Source: an uncultured Candidatus Bathyarchaeia archaeon (GTDB taxonomy: Archaea; Thermoproteota; Bathyarchaeia; TCS64; B23). Taken from it: DNA of 59,372 nt. Made by a program: the position numbers and the translations under genes. Under the pieces are notes generated by a model. That model worked only from the letters and a program-made list of their open reading frames with translations. It was not told where the DNA came from and ran no database searches. Below are positions 27,379 through 35,165 of the stretch, in pieces (position 1 is the first letter of the stretch; the number at the start of each line of letters is the position of its first letter). The stretch is from assembly GCA_964525955.1 (NCBI GenBank), contig CAZGKJ010000002.1:1-59372 (forward strand), in the 5' to 3' direction.

Positions 27379-28443
27379 TCACATCCTCTCCTTCTCATAT
27401 TCCACCTGGACGGTGAGGATGCTGCGGAGGATTCTCCGTTCGGGTTCATCTCGGTCTATCCAGCCGGAGAGGTTGATGTGTTCTATGCCTCCGCCTGGGT
27501 TGTTTATGGCTTTGAAGAGTATTCGTTCTACCTCTTGGATGAGGTCTCGGCGCAGCCGTTCAGGTGTATAGTTGGCCTCCCTCTTCCTGAGCACCCATAT
27601 TGAGAGCTGTATATGCTCTCTGATGGCCTTGTGCCGTGCCCCTATGTCGAGGACTGTGGCTCTGGCTCCTGCGACGGGGCCTACGGTTATCTGCCAGTCG
27701 GCCTCCTTGAATATGTGTTCATCGGGCCATGCTGCTGATATCCTTCCTGGAATCGGCTTTCCCTCGTCGTCGTAGACCTTCACCCCGTCTTCTGGGTCTG
27801 AGAGTAGGTTGACGATGAGCTTCTTCGGGTCTATGCTCCATGAGGCCTCTATCGTTGTGGGGCTGTGGAGCTCTACTGTGAGTCTCAATAGGCCTGTCTC
27901 TGGGTTGTAGCTGTATGTCTTGGCTCCCCGTATGCCTATGGGTTCTCCCAGGTCTGCGCAGTCTATTATGAGCTGCGCCGACAGGCCTTCGGGGCCGTCT
28001 ATCGTCATCCTCATCCATCTTGAAGTGGCATCGTATCTCGCATCCTTTACGGCTCCACCTTGTATTGCTGTTATCAGGGGCTTCCTCCTCGGAGTCGATG
28101 AGAGCCTTATCTTGAGGGTCTTCCCCACCAGGGTTAGGGGGTCTATGAGGAGGCTGTTTAGGGGTTTTCCATCGAGGGTGGCACTCTCTATGTGGTATGG
28201 GTCTGTGAAGTCTGTGCTGAGAAGCGTGCCGCCTCCACCATCCTGGACGGTGAGGCTGTCGACGTATATGTAAGGCGTCTGATCAGCGGATTTAAAGGCT
28301 GATATGCCTATGAGGCCAGTCCAGAGGGGGAGGCCATCGTAGGTGAGGATGACCTCTCCATTTACCTTGAGGGTTAGGCTCTCCCCTTCAGCCCTCAATT
28401 CTATTTCATGGAATTGGCCGTCTGCTGGGAGCTGGTAGGCCAC
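27379..28443 (-). CDS. hypothetical beta-sandwich protein; N-terminal LamG/DUF1080-like fragment, C-terminal region reminiscent of phage neck/tail-completion proteins
   Basis: GTG start. FHEIELRAEGESLTLKVNGEVILTYDG is a lectin-fold-like strand pattern. The assignment of the C-terminal IQLSIWVLRK...ILRSILTVQVEYE pattern is weak. Confidence 0.5.
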   Translation of the reverse strand: MAYQLPADGQFHEIELRAEGESLTLKVNGEVILTYDGLPLWTGLIGISAFKSADQTPYIYVDSLTVQDGGGGTLLSTDFTDPYHIESATLDGKPLNSLLIDPLTLVGKTLKIRLSSTPRRKPLITAIQGGAVKDARYDATSRWMRMTIDGPEGLSAQLIIDCADLGEPIGIRGAKTYSYNPETGLLRLTVELHSPTTIEASWSIDPKKLIVNLLSDPEDGVKVYDDEGKPIPGRISAAWPDEHIFKEADWQITVGPVAGARATVLDIGARHKAIREHIQLSIWVLRKREANYTPERLRRDLIQEVERILFKAINNPGGGIEHINLSGWIDRDEPERRILRSILTVQVEYEKERM

Positions 28444-28506
28444 CTCATCCAGTAATGTCCATTTGTCATTCTCCTTCTTATACAGCCTTGTGAGGCCGTC
28501 AGGAGG

Positions 28507-30306
28507 GTGGTGGAGGATTTCCCAGAGATTTCCACAAGCTGTGTTAAGCCTCCCTCAGACCCTGACTGCGTCGGCCTATGGCACCTCGATGAGGGGGAGG
28601 GCTCTATGGCTGAGGACAGCAGCGGAGGGGGTCACGACGGCTCTATCAGCGGAGCTACATGGGTTGATGGACGATACGGTAAGGCTCTCCACTTCGATGG
28701 AGACGACACCGTTGACTGCGGAGACATAGATGAGATAGATGGAGTCTCGGAGCTGACCGTCGAGGTATGGGTTAGGGTTCCAGCGGATGCCGGTGGGACG
28801 AGGGAGTTTATCCGTAAGGATGGCGTCTTCGCCCACGGCTTCGGCTGGTCGGCTAATAGGCCGAGATTCTGGGTTTACTTCACAGATATAGGATGGAGGA
28901 ACAGTGGAGACGGCCCAGAGATAAATGATGACCGGTGGCATCACATAGTCGGAGTCTACGACGGCCAATACATACGCATATACGTCGATGGAGTTGAGAG
29001 AAGCAGCAACAACGTAGGCCCCCATCCAGTCGCCTCAAATGCAGCTCATGTCCACATAGGAAGCTGGGATGGCTCAGCAGAGTTCATGATCGGAGACATA
29101 GACGAGGTGGCATTATACAGCAGAGCCCTAACAGCCGAGGAGATATGGGAACACTACTCCAAGGGCCCAGCGCCAGTGAACATCTCAAAGACCTACATCG
29201 AAAGCCATAGGGCTGACATACTCGACCAATTGGCCTCAATAGCCTCAAAGGCCACAGGGAAAGCCTGGAGCTGGAGACTCGGATATGGGCAAGACCTATG
29301 GTTCAGACCCCGAGATGAGGGCCCCCTATGCTCCTCGACGATCCAGGAGGGGGTAAACCTCCTTACAGGAGTCCGCCGAGGTCGAGACCTCTATGAATTG
29401 GCTAATAGGATCATAGTTCTCAGCGGCTTCGTCCTCTATCCTTTTGAGGATCTATACTGCGAAGATGTCAGCCTCTGGAGCATAGAGTGGTGTGGACAGT
29501 GCACATCGCCAGCCCTGCAGAATGATGACAACTCTAAGGAGGGAGACTACGCCATGATGATCTATGATGACACGCTGAACTGGTGGAGGGTCGCCCGAAG
29601 CATACCCAGCATAGACCTCACAGGATACAAAGGCCTAAGGCTGTGGTTGAAGATAAACGGCTCATGGAGCGGGGCCAGTAGCGACGAGATAACGATAAAG
29701 TTTGGCACAAACAACTCTAACTGCTACTATAAGGCTGTGAGGCTCGGCGTAGGCATCAACGAGTGGGCGCACATCGACGTGGAGCTCAGCAGGTTTGGGA
29801 AGGCTGGGAACCCAGACCTCAGCGATGTAACCTGGATAGCTCTCGAAGCCGTATGGCCCAGCAACCTATACGGAAACGTCACATGGGATGGATGGCACTG
29901 GTATGCCGAGAACCTGAAAGTTGAGGTCAGAGACGGCTCCTCGGAGCTGCCGGAGCACACCTACGTCTATAAGGATGCACGGCTGAACCGCCTTGAGCTG
30001 CTCCGAGACCTGGCTCAGGGCCTACTGGAAGCGATGAAAGCAGCCTCAGACCGAATATTGCTGCCGGTCATAGGTGCACCAGACCTCCAGAGGGGTCGAA
30101 GAGTCCAGGTTGAGGCCCCCAGCTTAGGGCTGAGCGGCGTCTACATCATCGCCGAGGCTGAGCACAGGCTCAACCACAGCGAAGGATACATCACGAGGGT
30201 TCTCCTGGAGAGCAGCCGCTATGCCCTGACCTCCGAGCTGAGGAGGCTTCTGGAACGGGAGCTCCGACTGGAGAGACGGGGAGACTTGGAGGTGATCATC
30301 ACATGA
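28507..30306 (+). CDS. LamG (concanavalin A-like lectin) domain protein with CBM-like middle domain and tail-protein-like C-terminus
   Basis: The LamG_3 pattern runs GLWHLDEGEGSMAEDSSGGGHDG...GKALHFDG...ELTVEVWV...WHHIVGVYDG...IYVDG...IGDIDEVALYSRALTAEEI. The middle DLTGYKGLRLWLKING...WAHIDVEL is CBM-like. The C-terminal part is GRRVQVEAPSLGLSGVYIIAEAEHRL. Confidence 0.8.
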   Translation: MVEDFPEISTSCVKPPSDPDCVGLWHLDEGEGSMAEDSSGGGHDGSISGATWVDGRYGKALHFDGDDTVDCGDIDEIDGVSELTVEVWVRVPADAGGTREFIRKDGVFAHGFGWSANRPRFWVYFTDIGWRNSGDGPEINDDRWHHIVGVYDGQYIRIYVDGVERSSNNVGPHPVASNAAHVHIGSWDGSAEFMIGDIDEVALYSRALTAEEIWEHYSKGPAPVNISKTYIESHRADILDQLASIASKATGKAWSWRLGYGQDLWFRPRDEGPLCSSTIQEGVNLLTGVRRGRDLYELANRIIVLSGFVLYPFEDLYCEDVSLWSIEWCGQCTSPALQNDDNSKEGDYAMMIYDDTLNWWRVARSIPSIDLTGYKGLRLWLKINGSWSGASSDEITIKFGTNNSNCYYKAVRLGVGINEWAHIDVELSRFGKAGNPDLSDVTWIALEAVWPSNLYGNVTWDGWHWYAENLKVEVRDGSSELPEHTYVYKDARLNRLELLRDLAQGLLEAMKAASDRILLPVIGAPDLQRGRRVQVEAPSLGLSGVYIIAEAEHRLNHSEGYITRVLLESSRYALTSELRRLLERELRLERRGDLEVIIT

Positions 30307-30458
30307 TAGAGTTCCTAAACGTGATCATCGCAGCTCTGGCGGGCTTCGTCTTGGGCTTAGCGGTTCACTCAGCCTATGTTCACAGCAAGAAGAGGGGGGA
30401 GCTGGGGCCTATGCCCTGGGATCACCCGGATGGAGGGGAGGGGGATGAGGAGGGTTAG
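30303..30458 (+). CDS. small single-pass membrane protein (51 aa)
   Basis: Its ATG shares an ATGA overlap with the LamG gene stop. The product is MIEFLNVIIAALAGFVLGLAVHSAY followed by a charged tail. It is below the ORF-track size cutoff. Confidence 0.4.
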   Translation: MIEFLNVIIAALAGFVLGLAVHSAYVHSKKRGELGPMPWDHPDGGEGDEEG

Positions 30459-30846
30459 CTTGGGGGAGCTTCGTAGGGGTGACCTCATCCTCGTCCGGTG
30501 GATCGACGCCAGCGATGTTAAGGCTCCGTTGAGGGAGCATGAGGCTAGGCCTGAGGTCTATGTGAAGAATTGGGGCGTATACCTCGGCGTCTCTGGTAGG
30601 CGGAGGAGGATGATGCTCCTGGGTAAGGATGTGGTGGAGGCTCAGGGGGAGTGGGGTGCGACGAGGATACCCCTGGAGCTCATCGAGGAGATCATACTCC
30701 TCATGCCCAGGGAGGAGACATCGAAGGCGATTGGGGAGGTTCTCAGCATCACGAGGAGGGTGAGGCTGAGGAGGTTTCAGTATAGGAACTCCGACTGGGT
30801 GAGGCTCCATGCTCGACTGGTTGAGGAGGATGCTGACCAGGCGTAG
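30445..30846 (+). CDS. hypothetical protein (small beta-rich domain)
   Basis: The internal ATG at 30445 (MRRVSLGELRRGDLILVRWID) is preferred because it overlaps the preceding small ORF by 14 nt. Confidence 0.5.
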   Translation: MRRVSLGELRRGDLILVRWIDASDVKAPLREHEARPEVYVKNWGVYLGVSGRRRRMMLLGKDVVEAQGEWGATRIPLELIEEIILLMPREETSKAIGEVLSITRRVRLRRFQYRNSDWVRLHARLVEEDADQA

Positions 30847-31072
30847 AGTCATAATAGATGAAGAGGCCCCGAGGAGGGTTAGGGTCATAGAGGAGGAGGC
30901 GAGTGAAAGCCTCGTCTACACAATAGCGCTGACACTTCTCATCCTCCTCGCCCTCTCAATCCTCGAAGCCCTCTACCTACTGACATTCCATCAGTGGAGC
31001 GACTCAATCTTCAACGGAATAATGCTCGTCATCGGAACAGTCCTCGGAGCCCTATGGGGGAGACATGGATGA
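30809..31072 (+). CDS. small two-helix membrane protein
   Basis: A charged N-terminus is followed by LVYTIALTLLILLALSILEALYLL and IMLVIGTVLGALWG. Its stop shares an ATGA overlap with the next start. Confidence 0.5.
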   Translation: MLDWLRRMLTRRRVIIDEEAPRRVRVIEEEASESLVYTIALTLLILLALSILEALYLLTFHQWSDSIFNGIMLVIGTVLGALWGRHG

Positions 31073-32570
31073 GGCTTAGAGCCAAAACAACGGCGAGAAT
31101 CAAACAACGTCGATGGGATGCCCAGCGAGGCTGCTACGTCTACACCATAGAGTTCTCAACTAAGACGCCTCTGACGGAGCGCACCCTGAAGGTGGCTGAA
31201 GCCTTCGGCCTCGGCGTAGACGAGGAGCATAGGTTCACAATCTATCGAGACTTCGAGCTCCACCTTAAACGGGGAGACATAGTATACATAACCGGAGACA
31301 GCGGAAGCGGGAAGAGCGCACTACTAAAAGCCATAAAGGCTGACCTCGGAGACAAAGCCATAGACATCGATGAAGTCACATGGGATGAGGACAGACCCCT
31401 CATAGATCAGATCGGAGACAGCTTCCAGGAAGGCCTTAGGCTGCTATGTCGAGTCGGCCTAAACGACGCATTCCTCTTCCTCCGAAAACCCAGGGAGCTG
31501 AGCGACGGACAGAGGTATAGGTTCAGGCTTGCGAAGCTCTTAGAGGCCCAGAAGCCCTACTGGATATGCGACGAGTTCTGTAGCACCCTCGACCGCACAA
31601 CAGCCAGGATCGTCGCATATAACATTCAGAAGCAGGCTCGAAGAGTCGGAGCCACCCTAATCGCTGCGACGACGCACACAGACTGGAGGCCGACCTAAAT
31701 CCCTCGATACGCATACACAAGGGCTGGGGAGAGAAAGTCAGCGTAGAATATAGAGCCAACAGGCCCGCTGAGAGGTGCAGCGTCGTAGAGGACATAACCA
31801 TCAGGGAAGGCAGCCTCAGAGACTATCATCGGCTCAGCCATCTCCATTACAGGCATACGGGGAGGCCTGGAATCCCCATCAAAATATACTGCATGGAGAG
31901 GGGGTCAGAGCTCATAGGGGTCATCGTCTACGCATATCCAGGGCCAACAGCTAAGGGTCGTCGAGAGGCCGTCGGATACACGCCGAGTCTGAAGGAGCTC
32001 AACACCGAATGGGCTGTCATAAGCAGAGTCATCATACATCCCAAATATCGAAGCATAGGCCTCGGCATACGCCTCGTTAAGGAGACCCTGCCCAGGGTGG
32101 GGAGACGCCACGTGGAGCTCATCGCTGTTATGGCTCAGTATAACCCCTTCGCCGAGAAGGCCGGAATGAAGCTGATAAGGATTCAGAGGCCCCATCCATC
32201 TGTTTGGGAGGCAATCGAGAGACTTAGGAAGCTGGGCTTCGATCCAGTTCTCATGGCCTCGGAACGCTACAATCTCCATAAGTTGAGGAGGCTGAGGCCA
32301 GAGGCCTTAGAGGCTGTGCGTGATGCCTTGCTGGGTGTGGCGCCCTACCTGTATAGGAGGCTGATAGCCACAGATCGATTTGGAGCCTTCGTCAGGAGGC
32401 GTCAGATGAGGGAGTGGCTTGGCGAGGCTGATTTGGAGGCTTTATCGAGATGCCTCAAAAGGCTTAATGTTCTGAGTCAGACGAAGGCCTACCTATACTG
32501 GTGCAGAGACTGGATGGAGGGTGGGGAGTCTCATGTTAATGGATCCATTAACATGATTGAAAAATTATAA
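31069..32570 (+). pseudogene. ABC-type ATPase fused to GNAT acetyltransferase domain (COG2401-like architecture), interrupted by a 1-nt frameshift near 31681-31685
   Basis: Walker A is GDSGSGKS, the signature is LSDGQRYR, Walker B is YWICDEF and the H-loop is ATTHTD. The protein then continues in the -1 frame as LEADLNPSIRIHKGWGEKV... into GNAT motif A, HPKYRSIGLGIRLV. Confidence 0.7.
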
Positions 32571-32581
32571 CGGTGTTATAG

Positions 32582-32827
32582 ATGAGGGGCTACATCTTCA
32601 CGGATAGGGAGAGGGAGCTTCTTGAGGGGTGGCTGGAGTCTGGGGTGGAGACTCCGACTCTTAGGGTTCTCTTCCATCAGATGGGGAGGTCTACGAGGCG
32701 TCTCATCTCAGATTTAAGGCTTTTTGTCAGGGTGGCGAGGAGGCTTAGGGCTTTGGGGAGGTGGGCTGGGAGGCCTTCGAGGGCGGAGTTGAAGCGCCTG
32801 TTAATGGAGGTGGTGGAGGATGAGTGA
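32582..32827 (+). CDS. hypothetical small basic protein
   Basis: An 81-aa Arg-rich helical protein, co-directional and overlapping the next ORF by 8 nt. Confidence 0.45.
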   Translation: MRGYIFTDRERELLEGWLESGVETPTLRVLFHQMGRSTRRLISDLRLFVRVARRLRALGRWAGRPSRAELKRLLMEVVEDE

Positions 32828-33077
32828 GCTGGTCATAAGGCTGAGGAGGGTTCGAATAGAGCCTGAGAGGGAGAGGGAGAATCTCATAAACAGGTTGAAG
32901 ATAATCATCAGGAGACTTGAGAGGTTGATAGAGAACCCCAGCACACCAACCAAAATCCGGTTGAGAGCGATAGACACCCTCACCAGGGTCATCAGGATGT
33001 GCTACACCATGATCAGGGATGTGGAGATCGATAGCCTTGAGCGAGAGATTGAAACGCTTGAGGAAGAGGAGACGTGA
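32820..33077 (+). CDS. hypothetical coiled-coil protein (position compatible with a small terminase subunit)
   Basis: An 85-aa protein with heptad-like R/E/I/L content, immediately upstream of and overlapping the large terminase. The function is inferred from position only. Confidence 0.35.
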   Translation: MSELVIRLRRVRIEPERERENLINRLKIIIRRLERLIENPSTPTKIRLRAIDTLTRVIRMCYTMIRDVEIDSLEREIETLEEEET

Positions 33078-34437
33078 ACTAATAGAGAGGAAGAAGCTGA
33101 AGAAAGCGAAAATAAAACTCCCAACAGACCCAGTAGAGTTCTGCGAGAAGATACTCCATATAAGGCTGACAGGCTATCAGCGGAGGCTCCTAAGGCTTCT
33201 GGCTGAGGGCCATAGACGGATAGTTCTCAGATGGGCGAGGCAGACGGGTAAGACCTACATACTGGCTGCGGTTCTCATCTGGTATTGCTCAACGCATCCA
33301 GGCTCCACAGCCCTGATAGTTGCTCCAGGATTGAGGCAGAGCCTGATACTAAGCGACAGGATACACGGCCTACTGAACCAGATGGAGCCGAGCATCAGGA
33401 GGGGCGTCATCGAGAAGGCTCTTAGAACCATCATAAGATTCAGAAATGGCAGCCAGATCGTTGCACTCCCCAACAGCGAGCACCTATTGAGGGGCTATAC
33501 GGCTCATCTGGTCATCTGCGATGAGGCAGCCTTCTTCCACAACGATGAGGCCATCTTCCCCCACATCCTAATGCCCATGATGGCGACGACAAATGGCATC
33601 ATGATCGTAAGCAGCACACCCTGGGGAAGGAGATCAATCTACCATCAACTAAACCAAGACCCAGATTGGGTTTTGATCCACGTCCCCTGGACAGAGGCGG
33701 TTAAAGAGGGCATATACAGCAGAGAATTCGTCGGGGAGATTGAGAAGCTGAGGGAGACGAGGCCACAGGCATTCAGGATGGAGTATGAAGCCGAGTTCAT
33801 AGAGGATGAGGAGGCGTGGCTGAGCCAAGACCTACTGGCCAAAGCCATAGACGAGGAGCTTGAATACTACCGCATAGAGGACAGAGCCAAGGGGCAATTC
33901 TATATGGGTTTAGACCTCGCAGAGCGGAGAGACTACACAGCCATCGCAGTCATACAGCGGGAGGGGCAGCTGCTCAAGCTGGTTCATAGGCATAAATTCC
34001 CCCTCGGAACAGGCTTGGCGGCGGCCATAGGATACATAAAAACCCTAAGAGAAAACTGGAATGACATAAGGAAGATCTACGTCGACATAACGAAGCATGG
34101 AGACTACTTCATACAAGACATGCACGAAGCCGGAATACCGGAAGCAGAGGGCATCATATTCACACAGAGAAGAAAACAAGAGATGGCCCAGCTACTGAGG
34201 CAGAGAATACAGGAGGGAAGGCTACGAATACCCTACGACAGAGAACTCCTAAACGAGCTGAACATAGAGAGATACGAGCTAACCAAGACGGGAGCCATAA
34301 GGTTCTATCACCCAGAGGGGACACATGACGATCAATTCTGGGCGCTCGCCTTGGCGGTCTATGCGGCGGAGACGGAGGCAATACCGAGGAGGCCGAGAAT
34401 CTCGGTTAGGAGGCTCTTCGATGGGGGTATTCGCTGA
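33019..34437 (+). CDS. terL: terminase large subunit (TerL) ATPase-nuclease
   Basis: Blocks are YQRRLL, Walker A WARQTGKTY, Walker B HLVICDEAAFF, coupling motif VSSTPWG, RNase H-like nuclease Asp MGLDLAERRDYTAIAV and C-terminal GTHDDQFWALALAVYAAE. Confidence 0.9.
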   Translation: MWRSIALSERLKRLRKRRRELIERKKLKKAKIKLPTDPVEFCEKILHIRLTGYQRRLLRLLAEGHRRIVLRWARQTGKTYILAAVLIWYCSTHPGSTALIVAPGLRQSLILSDRIHGLLNQMEPSIRRGVIEKALRTIIRFRNGSQIVALPNSEHLLRGYTAHLVICDEAAFFHNDEAIFPHILMPMMATTNGIMIVSSTPWGRRSIYHQLNQDPDWVLIHVPWTEAVKEGIYSREFVGEIEKLRETRPQAFRMEYEAEFIEDEEAWLSQDLLAKAIDEELEYYRIEDRAKGQFYMGLDLAERRDYTAIAVIQREGQLLKLVHRHKFPLGTGLAAAIGYIKTLRENWNDIRKIYVDITKHGDYFIQDMHEAGIPEAEGIIFTQRRKQEMAQLLRQRIQEGRLRIPYDRELLNELNIERYELTKTGAIRFYHPEGTHDDQFWALALAVYAAETEAIPRRPRISVRRLFDGGIR

Positions 34438-34873
34438 GGAGCTTTACACGCCCCCTATGCTTCCCGCTTAGGGCCTCTATGAGCTTCTCATCAGCCGTGT
34501 ATAGGGTTGTGTTCAGCCTCTCGGCGAGGGCGACGTAGGAGGCGTCGTAGATGGTTAGATTGTTCTCCAAGGCTATCTTGGCTGTTAGCCTGGCGTATTC
34601 GCCTTTAAGCCCGTAGAGTTTGAAGCCGTAGAGGGAGAGGCTCTCAGCTATATCCATCAGCCTCTCAGCCTCCAATCGATCGGTGGAGTATCTAACGGCG
34701 TTCAACACCTCAAAAGGCATGAGGGCCGGAGCCGCCAGCTCGACTTTGCCGTCGATGTAGTCCTCCCTGATCCTCAGCGCCTCCTCTCGATCGGGTTCGA
34801 GGACATACCACTTGACGACGACGCTGGCGTCAACAACAAGCTCAGCGCCTCCCCCTCCACCTCCTGATCTCAT
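34406..34873 (-). CDS. vapC: PIN-domain toxin (VapC)
   Basis: LVVDASVVVKWYVLEPD and TLYTADEKL are typical of VapC. Its 3' end overlaps the terL 3' end by 32 nt, convergently. Confidence 0.8.
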   Translation of the reverse strand: MRSGGGGGGAELVVDASVVVKWYVLEPDREEALRIREDYIDGKVELAAPALMPFEVLNAVRYSTDRLEAERLMDIAESLSLYGFKLYGLKGEYARLTAKIALENNLTIYDASYVALAERLNTTLYTADEKLIEALSGKHRGRVKLLSEYPHRRAS

Positions 34874-35069
34874 CTACACCCCTCCAACCGGCCTTGGGCC
34901 TGATGAGGCTCCGCTCATTCAGGAGGACAGCCTTAGCGAGATTCCTAAAACCCTCACCCTCCAAAACACGGTGGATAGCCTCCCTGATAACCCCACTCCA
35001 ATTTATATGACTCAAACGCTCCATCCGACGCTTAGTCTCCTCATCCACCCTAACGGTGACCACAGGCAT
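34842..35069 (-). CDS. vapB: RHH (CopG-like) antitoxin (VapB)
   Basis: MPVVTVRVDEETKRRMERL...WSGVIREAIHRVL. Confidence 0.75.
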   Translation of the reverse strand: MPVVTVRVDEETKRRMERLSHINWSGVIREAIHRVLEGEGFRNLAKAVLLNERSLIRPKAGWRGVDEIRRWRGRR

Positions 35070-35077
35070 ACTAAAGC

Positions 35078-35105
35078 AAAATAAATACGTATATAAATAT
35101 ATTAC
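35078..35105. promoter_or_regulatory. AT-rich TATA-box region between divergent vapB and cyclase genes
   Basis: aaaataaatacgtatataaatatatta lies in an otherwise GC-rich context. Confidence 0.45.
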
Positions 35106-35165
35106 ACATGGGAGTTAAGCTTTAAGGTATTAGCTAATAATGTCAAGTAATTATTGGGGATCACA

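Larger units (their letters stand above)
27379..34437. mobile_element. virus-derived gene block (provirus remnant or domesticated module) lacking recognisable capsid, portal and integrase genes
   Basis: It contains a large terminase, a LamG/CBM fibre-like protein, a neck/tail-like C-terminal domain, small membrane proteins and tightly overlapping co-directional ORFs. Confidence 0.45.

Noticed and set aside
28444-30306. Diversity-generating retroelement or invertible tail-fibre switch acting on the LamG genes
   Set aside because: There is no reverse transcriptase, no template/variable repeat pair, no invertase and no flanking inverted repeats. Only the head-to-head geometry suggested the idea.
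30409-30888. Long antisense ORFs inside GC-rich genes (for example 30409..30888, 2377..2865, 50995..51537, 14622..15035 and 589..951)
   Set aside because: They have Pro/Arg/Ser/Gly-rich translations and are fully nested opposite well-supported genes. These are typical GC-rich shadow frames.
30994-31068. Upstream extension of the ABC-ATPase ORF
   Set aside because: It overlaps the preceding membrane-protein gene. The ATG at 31069 forms a classic ATGA stop-start junction, so the extension is unlikely to be translated.
27230-34450. Integrase gene and att direct repeats bounding the virus-like block
   Set aside because: There is no tyrosine or serine recombinase-like ORF. I could not find convincing matching repeats at the two borders by eye, so an intact integrated provirus is not claimed.
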